Shown: in pieces, positions 15,128 to 27,450 of the stretch
Position numbering within the stretch: position 1 is the first letter of the stretch
Layout of the letters: every line of letters begins with the position of its first letter
Origin: the human T2T-CHM13v2.0 reference genome, Homo sapiens
NCBI RefSeq assembly: GCF_009914755.1
Contig: NC_060933.1
Length of the DNA: 64,000 bases
Direction: 5' to 3' (one strand)
Made by a program: the position numbers and the translations under genes
The notes under the pieces: model-generated
What the model was told of the DNA's origin: nothing
What the model saw: the letters and a program-made list of their open reading frames with translations, nothing else
The model's database searches: none

Positions 15128-16100
15128 AATGGAATGGAATGGAATGGAATGGAATGGGTTCAACTAGAATGGAATGGAAAGGAATGGAATCAACCCGAGT
15201 GGAATGGCATGGAATGGAATGGAATGGAATGGAATGGAAAGCAATGGAATGAAATGGAATGGAAGGGAATGGATTGAAATGGAATGGAATGGAATGGAAT
15301 CAACCCGAGTGCAATGTAATGGAATTGAATGGAATGGAATGGAATGCAATGGAATGAATTCAACCCGAATGGAATGGAAAGGAACGGAATAAACCCGAGT
15401 GGAATGGCATGGAATGGAGTGGAATGGAATGGAATGGAATACTACGGAAGAGAATGGAATGGAACGAAATGGAATGGAATGGAATGGAATGGAATGGAAT
15501 GGAATGAACACGTGAGCAATTGAATGGAATCGAATGGAATAGAATGGAATGGAATGGGTTCAACTCGAATGGAATGTAAAGGAATGGAATCAACCCGAGT
15601 GGAATGGCATGGAATGGAATGCAATGGAATGGAATGGAATGGAATGGAATGCAATGGAATGGAATGGAATGCAATGGAATCAACCCGAGTGCTATGTAAT
15701 GGAATTGAATGGAATGGAATGGAATGGAATGGAATGGATTCAACCCGAATGGAATGGAAAGGAATGAAATAAACCCGAGTGGAATGGCGTGGAATGGAGT
15801 GGAATGGAATGGAATGGAATGGAATGGAATGGAACGAAATGGAATGTAATGTAATGGAATGGAATGGAATGGAATGAACCCGTGTGCAATGGAATGGAAT
15901 GGAAAGGAATGGAATGGAATGGAATGAACCCGTGTGCAATGGAATGGAATCGAATGGAATGGAATGGAATGGAATGGATTCAAGTCGAATGGAATGGAAA
16001 GGAATGGAATCAACCCGAGTGGAATGGCATGGAATGGAATGGAATGGAATGGAATGGAATGGAATGGAATGGAATGGTACGGAATAGAACGGAATGAAAC

Positions 16101-16535
16101 GAAATGGAATGGAATGGAATGGAATGGAATGGAATGGAATGGAATGGAAAGGAATGGAATGGAATCAACCCGAGTGCAGGTGAATGGAATGGAATGGAAG
16201 GCAATGGAATGCAATCATCCGGAATTGAATGGAATGGAATGGAATGGAATGGAATCAACTCGATTGCAATGGAATGTAATGGAATGGAATGGAATGGAAT
16301 TAACCCTAATAGAATGGAATGGAATGGAATGGAATGGAATGGAATGGAATGGAAAGGAATGGAATGGAATCAACCCGAGTGCAGGTGAATGGAATGGAAT
16401 GGAAGGCAATGGAATGCAATCATCCGGAATTGAATGGAATGGAATGGAATGGAATGGAATCAACTCGATTGCAATGGAATGTAATGGAATGGAATGGAAT
16501 GGAATTAACCCTAATAGAATGGAATGGAATGGAAT
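16101..16535 (+). repeat. Local tandem duplication, 205 bp period
   Basis: GCAGGTGAAT at 16176 and 16381; TAACCCTAAT at 16301 and 16506; the intervening sequence appears identical. Confidence 0.9.
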
Positions 16536-19500
16536 GGAAGGGAATGGAATGGAATGGAATGGAATGGAATTAACCGGAATAGAATGCAATGGAATGGAAT
16601 GGAATGGAATGGAATGGAATGGAATGAAATGGAATCAACTCGATTTCAATGGAATGGAATGGAATGGAATGGAATGGAATGGAATGGAATGAAATTAACC
16701 CGAATAGAATGGAATGGAATGGAATGGAATGGAATGGAATGGAATGGAATGGAATGGAATAGAGTGGAATGGAATGGAATGGAATAGAATGGAATCCACC
16801 CGAGTGTAGGGGAATGGAATGGAATGGAATGCAATGGAATGGAATCATACGGAATGGAATGGAATGGAATGGAATGGAATCAACCCGATTGCAATGGAAT
16901 GGAGTGGAATGGAATGGAATGGAATGGAAACAACCCGAATGGAATGGAATGGACTGGAATGGAGTGTAAGGGAATTGAATAGAATCAATACGAATGTAAT
17001 GGAATGGAATGGAACGGAATGGAATGCAATGGAATGGAAAGGAATCCAATGGAATGGGTTCAACCCGAGTGCAATGGAATGGAATCGAAAGTAATGGAAT
17101 GGAATGGAATGGATTCAACACGAATGGAATGAAAAGGAATGGAATCAACCCGAGTGGAATGGAATTTAATGGAATGGAATGGAATGGAATGCAGTGAAAT
17201 GGAATCAAACCTAGTGCAATGGAATGGAATGGAATGGAATGGAATGGAATGGAATGGATTAGATTCAACCCAAGTGGAATGGAAAGCAATGGAATCAACC
17301 CGAGTGGAATGGCATGGAATGGAATGGAATGGAATGCAATGGAATGGAAAGGTACGGAATAGAATGGAATGGAACGAAATGGAATGTAATGGGATGGAAT
17401 GGAATGGAATGGAATGGAATGGAATAGAATGGAATCCACCCGATTACACGGGAATGGAATGGAATGGAATGCAAAGGAATGGAATGGAATGGATTCAACC
17501 CGAATGGAATGGAAAGGAAAGGAATAATCCCGAGTGAAATGGCATGGAAGGGAATGGAATGGAATGGAATGGTACGGAGTAGAATGGAATGGAACGAAAT
17601 GGAATGGAATGGAATGGAATGGAATGGAATGAACCCGTGAGCAATGGAATGGAATGGAATGGAATGGAATGGAATGGAATGGAATTTGTTCAACTCGAAT
17701 GGAATGGAAAGGAATGGAATCAACCCGAGTGGAATGGCATGGAATGGAATGGAATGGAATGGAATGGAATGGAATGGAATGGAATGGAATGGATTCAACC
17801 CGAATGGAATGGAAAGGAATGGAATAAACCCGAGTGGAATGGCATGGAACGGAGTGGAATGGAATGGAATGGAAGGGAATGGTACGGAATAGAATGGAAT
17901 GGAACGAAACGGAATGGAATGGAATGGAATGGAATGGAATGGAATGGAATGAACCCGTGTGCAATTGAATGGAATCGAATGGAATGGAATGCAATGGAAT
18001 GGATTCAACTAGAATGGAATGGAAAGGAATGGAATCAACCCGAGTGGAATGGCATGGTATGGAATGGAATGGAATGGAATGGAATGGAATGGAAAGGTAC
18101 GGAATAGAATGGAATGGAACGAAATGGAATGGAATGGAATGGAATGAATGGAATGGAATGGAATAGAATGGAATCCACCCGATTGCAGGGGAATGGAATG
18201 GAACGGAATGCAATGGAATGGAATGGAATGGATTCAACCCGAATGGAATGGAAAGGAATGGAATCAACCCGAGTGGAATGGCATGGAATGGAATGGAATG
18301 GAATGGAATAGTACGGAATAGAATGGAATGGAACGAATTGCAATGGAATGGAATCAACCTGAGTGCAATGGAATGGAGAGGAATGGAATGTAATGGAACG
18401 GAAACAACCCGAATGGAATGGAATGTAATGGAGTTTAAGGGAATTGAATACAATCAATCCGAATGTAATGGAATGGAATGGAACGGAATGGAATGGAATG
18501 GAATGGAATGGAATGGAATGGAATGAAATGGAATGGCAGGGAATGGAATGGAATCAACCCGAGTGCAAAGGAATGGAATGGAATGGAATGGAAGGGAATG
18601 GAATGGAATGGATTCAACCCGAATGGAATGGAAAGGAATGTAATAAACCTGAGTGGAATGGCATGGAATGGAATGGAATGGAATGGAATGGTACGGAATA
18701 GAATGGAATGGAACGAAATGGAATGGAATGGAATGGAATGGAATGGAATGGAATCAACCTGAGTGCAATGGAATGGAGTGGAATGGAATGAAATGGAATG
18801 GAAACAACCCGAATGGAATGGAATGTAATGGAGTGTAAGGGAATTGAATACAATCAATCCGAATGTAATGGAATGGAATGGAACGGAATGGAATGGAATG
18901 GAATGCCATGGAATGTAATCAAACCTAGTGCAATGGAATGGAATGGAATGGAATGGAATGGAATGGAATGGAATGGATTGGATTCAACCCAAATGGAATG
19001 GAAAGCAATGGAATCAACCCGAGTGGAATGGCATGGAATGGAATGGAATGGAATGGAATGGAATGGAATGGAATGGAATGGTACAGAATAAAATGGAATG
19101 GAACGAAATGGAATGGAATGGAATGGAATGGAACGGAATGGAATGGAATCAAAGCGATTGCAATGGAATGTAATGGAATGGAATGGAATGGAATTAACGC
19201 GAATAGAATGGAATGGAATGGAATGGAACGGAATGGAATGGAATGGGATGGAATGGAATCAATCTGAGTGCAGGTGAATGGAATGGAATGGAATGCAATG
19301 GAATGGAATGGAATGGAATGGAATGCAATGGAATCAACTAGATTGCAATGGGATGGAATGGAATGGAATGGAATGGAAGGGAATGGAATGGAATGGAATT
19401 AACCTGAACAGAATGGAATGGAATGGAATGGAACGGAATGGAAGGGAATGGAATGGAATGGAATTAACCTGAATAGAATGGAATGGAATGGAATGGAACG

Positions 19501-22500
19501 GAATGGAATGGAATGGAATGGAATGGAATGGAATGCAATGAAATGGGATCAACCCGAGTGCAGGGGAATGGAATGGAATGGAATGCAATGGAATGGAATC
19601 AATGAACCCGAGTGCAATAGAATGCAGTGGAATGGAATGGAATGGAATGGAAAGTACCCGAATGGAATGGAATGGAATGGAGTGTAAGGGAATTAAAAAG
19701 AATCAATCCGAATGTAATGGAATGGAATGGAACGGAATGGAATGGAATGGAATGGAATGGAATGGAATGGAATCAACTCGATTGCAATGGAATGGAATGG
19801 AATGGAATGGAATGGAATGGAATTAACCCGAATAGAATGGAATGGAATGGAATGGAATGGAATGGAATGGAAGGGAATGGAATGTAATGGAATGGAATGG
19901 AATTAACCCGAATAGAATGGAATGGAACGGAAAGGAAGGGAATGGAATGGAATGTAATCAACTCGAGTGCAGGGGAAAGCAATGCAATGGAATGAAATGG
20001 AATGGAGTCATACGGAATGGAAGGGAATGGAAAGGAATCAACCAGAGTGCAATGGAATGGAGTGGAATGGAATGGAATAGAATGGAAACAACACGAATGG
20101 AATAGAATGTATTGGAGTGTAAGGGAATTGAATAGAATCAATCCGAATGTAATTGAATAGAACGGAAAGGAATGGAATGGAATGGAATGGAATGGAATGG
20201 AATGAAATGGAATGGCATGGAATGGAATGGAATCAACCCGAGTTCAATGGAATTGAATGGAATGGAATGGAATGGAATGGAATGGAATGGAATGGAATGG
20301 AATGGAATCAACTCGATTGCAATGGAATGGAATGGAATGGAATGGAATGGAATGGAATGGAATGGAATGGAATGGAATGGAATGGAATTATCCCTACTAG
20401 AATGGAATGGAATGGAATGGAATGGAATAGAATGGAATGGAAGGGAATGGAATGGAATGGAATGGAATGGAATTAACCCGAATAGAATGGAATGGAATGG
20501 AATGGAATGGAATGGAATGGAATGGAATCAACTCGATTTCAATGGAATGGAATGGAATGGAATGGAATGCAATGGAAGGGAATGGAATGGAATGGAATGA
20601 AATTAACCTGAATAGAATGGAATGGAATGGAGTGGAATGGAATGGAATGGAATGGAATGGAATAGAATGGAATCCACCCGAGTGCAGGGGAATGGAATGG
20701 AATGGAATGCAATGGAATGGAATCATACCGAATGGAATGGAATGGAATGGAATGCAATGGAATGGAATGGAATCAACCCGATTGCAATGGAATGGAGTGG
20801 AATGGAATGGAATGGTATGGAAACAACCCGAATGGAATGGAATGTAATGGAGAGTAAGGGAATTGAATAGAATCAATACGAATGTAATGGAATGGAATGG
20901 AACGGAATGGAATGCAATGGAATGGAATGGAATGCAATGGAATGGGATCAACCCGAGTGAAATGGAATGGAATCGAAAGGAATGGAATGGAATGGAATGG
21001 TTTCAACCCGAATGGAATGGAAAGGAATGGAATCAACCCGAGTGGAATGGAATGGAATGGAATGGAATGGAATGGAATGGAATGGAATGGAATGGGTTCA
21101 ACTCGAATGGAATGGAAAGGAATGGAATCAACCCGAGTGGAATGGCATGCAATGGAATGGAATGGAATGGAATGGAATGGAATGGAAGGGAATGGAATGG
21201 AATGGAATTAACCTGAACAGAATGGAAGGGAATGGAATGGAACGGAACGGAATGGAATGGAATGGAATGGAATGGAATGGAATGGAATGCAATGGAATGG
21301 GATCAACCCGAGTACAGGGGAATGGAATGCAATGGAATGCAGTGAAATGGAATCATCCGGAATGGAATGGAATGGAATGGAATGCAATGGAATGGAATCA
21401 ATCAACCCTAGTGCAATAGAATGCAGTGGAATGGAATGGAATGGTATGGAAACTACCCGAATGGAATAGAATGTAATGGAGTGTAAGGGAATTAAAAAGA
21501 ATCAATCCGAATGTAATGGAATTGAATGGAACGGAATGGAATGGAATGGAATGGAATGGAATGGAATGGAATTAACCCGAATAGAATGGAAAGGAATGGA
21601 ATGGAATGGAATGCAATGGAATCGAATGGAATGGAATGGAATGGAATGGAATGGAACGGAATAGAATGGAATGGAACGAAATGGAATGGAATGAAATGGA
21701 ATGGAATGGAATGGAATGGAATGGAATCAACCCGAGTGCAGGGGAATGGAATGGAATTGAAGGCAATGGAATGGAATCATATGGAATTGAAAGGAATGGA
21801 ATGGAATCGAATGGAATGGAATGGAATCAACTCGATTGCAATGGAATGGAATGGAATGGAATGGAATGGAATGGAATGGAATTAACCCGAATAGAATGGA
21901 ATTGAATGGAATGGAATGGATTGGAAGTAAATGGAATGGAATGTAATGAACCCGAGGGCAGGGGAATGGAATGGAATGGAATGCAATGGAATTGAGTCAT
22001 CCGGAATGGAACAGAAAGGAATGGAATGGAATCAACCCGTGTGCAATGGAATGGAAAGGAATGGAATGGAATGGAATGGAATGGAATGGATTCAACCCGA
22101 ATGGAATGGAAAGGAAGGGAATCAACCCAAGTGGAATGGCATGGAATGGAATGGAATGGAATGGAATGGAATGGTACCGAATAGAATGGAATGGAACGAA
22201 ATGGAATAGAATGGAATGGAATGGTATGGAAACAACCCGAATGGAATGGAATGAAATGGACTGTAAGGGAATTGAATACAATCAATCCGAATGTAATGGA
22301 ATGGAATGGAACGGAATGGAATGGAATGGAATGGAATGCAGTGGAATGGAATCAAACCTAGTGCAATGGAATGGAATGGAATGGCATGGAATGGAATGGA
22401 ATGGAATGGATTCAACCCAAATGGAATGGAAAGCAATGGAATCAACGTGAGTGGAATGGCATGGAATGGAATGGAACGGAATGGAATGGAATGGAATGGA

Positions 22501-25500
22501 ATGGAATGGAATGGAATGGTACGGAATAGAATGGAATGGAACGAAATGGAATGGAATGGAATGGAATGGAACGGAAAGGAATGGAATCAACTCGATTGCA
22601 ATGGAATGCAATGGAATGGAATGGAATGCAATTAAAGAGAATAGAATGGAATGGAATGGAATGGAACGGAATGGAATGGAATGGAATGGAATGGAATCGA
22701 ATGGAATCAACCTGAGTGCAGGGGAATGGAATGGAATGGAATGCAATGGAATGTAATGGAATGGAAAGCAATGGAAAAAACTCGATTGCAATGGAATGGA
22801 ATGGAATGGAATGGAAGGGAAAGGAATGGAATGGAATTAACCTGAACAGAATGGAATGGAATGGAATGGAACGGAATGGAATGGAATGGATTCAACCCGA
22901 ATGGAATGGAAAGGAATGGAATAAACCCGAGTGGAATGGCATGGCATGGAATGGAATGGAATGGAATGGTACGGAATAGAATGGAATGGAACGAAATGGA
23001 ATGGAATGGAATGGAATGGAATGGAATGCAATCAACCTGAGTGCAATGGAATGGAATGGAATGGAATGGAACGGAATGGAAACAACCCGAATGGAATGGA
23101 ATGTAATGGAGTGTAAGGAATTGAATACAATCAATCCGAATGTAATGGAATGGAATGGAACGGAATGGAATGGAATGGAATGCAGTGGAATGGAATCAAA
23201 CCTAGTGCAATGGAATGGAATGGAATGGAATGGAATGCAATGGAATGGATTGGATTCAACCCAAATGGAATGGAAAGCAATAGAATCAACCCGAGTGGAA
23301 TGGCATGGAATGGAATGGAATGGAATGGAATGGAACGGAATGGTACGGAATAGAATGGAATGGATCGAAATGGAATGGAATGGAATGGAATGGAATGGAA
23401 CGGAATGGAATGGAATCAACTCGATTGCAATGGAATGTAATGTAATGGAATGGAATGGAATGGAATTAACGCGAATAGAATGGAATGGAATGGAATGGAA
23501 AGGAATGGGATGGAATGGAATCAATCCGAGTGCAGGGGAATGGAATGGAATGGAATGCAATGGAATGGAATCATCCGGAATGGAATGGAATGGAATGGAA
23601 TGGAATGGAATTAACCCGAATAGAATGGAATGGAATGGAATGGAATGGAATGGAATGGAATGGAATCAACTCGATTTCAATGGAATGGAATGGAATGGAA
23701 TGGAATGGAATGGAATGGAATGGAATAGAATGGAATCCACCCGACTGCAGGGGAATGGAGTGGAATACAATGCAATGGAATGGAATCATACGGAATGGAA
23801 TGGAATGGAATGGAATGGAATGGAATGGAATGGAATGGAAACAACCCGAATGGAATGGAATGTGATGGAGTGTAAGGGAATTGAATAGAATCATTCCGAA
23901 TGTAATGGAATTGAATGCAACGGAATGGAATGGAATGGAATGGAATGGAATGGAATGGAATGCAATGGAATGGGATCAACCCGAGTGCAATGGAATGGAA
24001 TCGAAAGGAATGGAATGGAATGGAAAGGCTTCACCCCGAATGGAATGGAAAGGAATGGAATCAACCTGAGTGGAATGGAATGGAATGGAATGGAATGGAA
24101 TGGAATGGAATGCAATGGAATGGAACGGAATGGAATCAACCCGATTGCAATGAAATTGAATGGAATGGAATGGAATGGAATGGAATTAACCCGAATAGAA
24201 TGGAATGGAATGGAATGGAATGGTATGGAATGGAATGGAACGGAATGGAATGGAATGGAATTGAATGGAATCAACCCGGGTGCAGGGGAATGCAATTGAA
24301 TGGAAGGCAATGGAATGCAATCATCCGGAATGGAATGGAATGGAATGGAATGGAATGGAATGGTTTCAACCCGAATGGAATGGAATGGAATGGAATCAAC
24401 CCGAGTGGAATGGCATGGAATGGAATGGAATGGAATGGAATGGAATGGAATGGAATGGTATGGAATAGAATGGAATGGAACGAAATGGAATGGAAGGGAA
24501 TGGAATGGAATGGAATGGAATCAACCCGACTGCAAAGGAATGGAGTGGAATGGAATGGAATGGAATGGAAACAACCCGAATGGAATGGAATGTAATGGAG
24601 TGTAAGGGAATTGAATACAATCAATACGAATGTAATGGAATGGAATGGAACGGAAGGGAATGGAATGGAATGGAATGGAATGCAGTGGAATGGAATCAAT
24701 CCTAGTGCAATGGAATGGAATGCAATGGAATGGAATGGAATGGAATGGAATGGAATGGAATGGATTCAACCCAAATGGAATGGAAAGCAATGGAATCAAC
24801 CCGAGTGGAATGGCATGGAACGGAATGGAATGGAATGGTATGGAATAGAATGGAATGGAAAGAAATGGAATGGAATGGAATGGAATGGAACGGAATGGAA
24901 TGGAAAGGAATGGAATGGAATGGAATGGAATAGAATGGAATGGAACGAAATGGAATGGAATGGAAAAGAATGGAATGGAATCAATCAGAGTGGAATAGAA
25001 GGGAATGCATTCGAGTAGAATGGAAAGGAATGGAATCAACCAGAGTGGAATGGAAGGGAATGGAATGGAATGGAAACTAATAAAATGGAATCAACACGAG
25101 TGGAATGGAATGGAAAGGACTTGAATGGAATGGAATGGAATGGAATGGAATCAACTCGATTGCAATGGAATGTAATGGAATGGAATTGAATGGAATTAAT
25201 GCGAATAGAATTGATTGGAATGGAATGGAACGGAATGGAATGGAATGGAATAGAATGGAATCAAACTGAGTGCAGGGGAATGGAATGGAATGGAATGGAA
25301 TAGAATGGAATGGAATGGAAGGGAATGGAATGGAATGGAATTAACCTGAACAGAATGGAATGGAATGGAATGGAACGGAATGGAATGGAATGGAATGGAA
25401 TGGAATCCACCCGAGTTCAGGGGAATGGAATGGAATGGAATGCAATGGAATGGAATCAATCAACCCGAGTGCAATAGAATGCAGTGGAATGGAATGGAAT

Positions 25501-27024
25501 GGAATGGAAAGTACCCGAATGGAATGGAATGTAATGGAGTGTAAGGGAATTAAAAAGAATCAATACGTATGTAATTGAATGGAATGGAACGGAATAGAAT
25601 GGAATGGAATGGAATGGAATTGAATGAAATGGAATGGCATGGAATGGAATGGAATCAACCCGAGTGCAATGGAATGGAATCGAATGGAATGGAAGGGAAT
25701 GGAATGGATTGAACCCGAATGGAATGGAAAGGAATGGAATAAACCCGAGTGGAATGGCATGGAATGGAATGGAATGGAATGGAATGGTACGGAATAGAAT
25801 GGAAAAAAACGAAATGGAATGGAATGGAATGGAATGGAATGAACCCGTGTGCAATGGAATGGAATGGAATGGAATGGAATGGAATGGGTTCAACTCGAAA
25901 GGAATGGAAAGGAATGGAATCAACCCGAGTGGAATGGCATGGAATGGAATGGAATGGAATGGTATGGAATGGAATGGAATGGAATGGAATGGAATGGAAT
26001 GGAATGAAATGGAATGGAATGGAATGGAATGGAATGAACCCAAGTGTAATGTAATGGAATCGAATGGAATGGAATGGAATGGAATGGATTCAACCCAAAT
26101 GGAATGGAAAGGAATGGAATCAACCCGAGTGGAATGGCATGGAATGGACTGGAATGGAATGGAATGGAATGGAATGGTACGGAATAGAATGGAATGGAAC
26201 GAAATGGAATGGAATGGAATGGAATGGAATGGAATGGAATGGAATGAACCCGTGTGCAATGGAATGGAATCGAATGGAATGGAATGGAATGCAAAGGATA
26301 CAACTCGAATGGAATGGAAAGGAATGAAATCAACCCGAGTGGAATGGCATGGACTGGAATGGAATGGAATGGCATGGAATGGAATGGAATTGAATGGCAC
26401 GGAATAGAATCGAATGGAACGAAATGGAATGGAATGGAATGGAATGGAATGGAAACAACCCGAGTGCATGGTAATGGAATGGAATGGAAGGCAATGGAAT
26501 GGAATCATCCGGAATGGAATGGAATGGAATGGAATGGAATGGAATGGAATCAACTCGATTGCAATGGAATGGAATGGAATGGAATGGAATGGAATGGAAT
26601 TAACCCGGATAGAATCGAATGGAATGGAATGGAATGGAATGGAATGGAATGGAAGGGAATGGAAAGTAATGGAATGGAATGGAATTAACCCGAATAGAAT
26701 GGAATGGAACGGAAAGGAAGGGAATGGAATGGAATGTAATCAACTCCAGTGCAGGGGAATGCAATGGAATGGAATGAAATGGAATGGAGTCATACGGAAT
26801 GGAAGGGAATGGAATGGAATCAACCAGAGTGCAATGGAATGGAGTGGAATGGAATGGAATAGAATGGAAACAACACGAATGGAATAGAATGTAATGGAGT
26901 GTAAGGGAATTGAATATAATCAATCCGAATGTAAAGGAATGGAACGGAAAGGAATGGAATGGAAAGGAATGGAAAGGAATGGAATGGAATGGAATGAATT
27001 GGAATGGCATGGAATGGAATGGAA

Positions 27025-27450
27025 TCAACCCGAGTTCAATGGAATTGAATGGAATGGAATGGAATGGAATGGAATGGAATGGAATCAACTCGATTGCAAT
27101 GGAATGGAATGGAATGGGATGGAATGGAATGGAATGGAATGGAATGGAATTAACCCTAATAGAATGGAATGGAATGGAATGGAATGGAAAAGAATGGAAT
27201 GGAAGGGAATGGAATGGAATGGAATGGAATGGAATTAACCCGAGTTCAATGGAATTGAATGGAATGGAATGGAATGGAATGGAATGGAATCAACTCGATT
27301 GCAATGGAATGGAATGGAATGGGATGGAATGGAATGGAATGGAATGGAATGGAATGGAATTAACCCTAATAGAATGGAATGGAATGGAATGGAATGGAAT
27401 AGAATGGAATGGAAGGGAATGGTATGGAATGGAATGGAATGGAATTAACC
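27025..27450 (+). repeat. Local tandem duplication, 210 bp period
   Basis: CGAGTTCAAT at 27031 and 27241; TAACCCTAAT at 27151 and 27361. Confidence 0.85.

Noticed and set aside
15100-15130. Transposon (Alu/L1) insertion at the strand switch
   Set aside because: No non-satellite bases, poly-A tail or target-site duplication is present here or elsewhere in the window.
14280-15940. Perfect fold-back palindrome or chimeric-read artefact at the inversion
   Set aside because: The two flanks are not reverse complements of each other beyond the generic pentamer; word order differs and the arms carry private variants.
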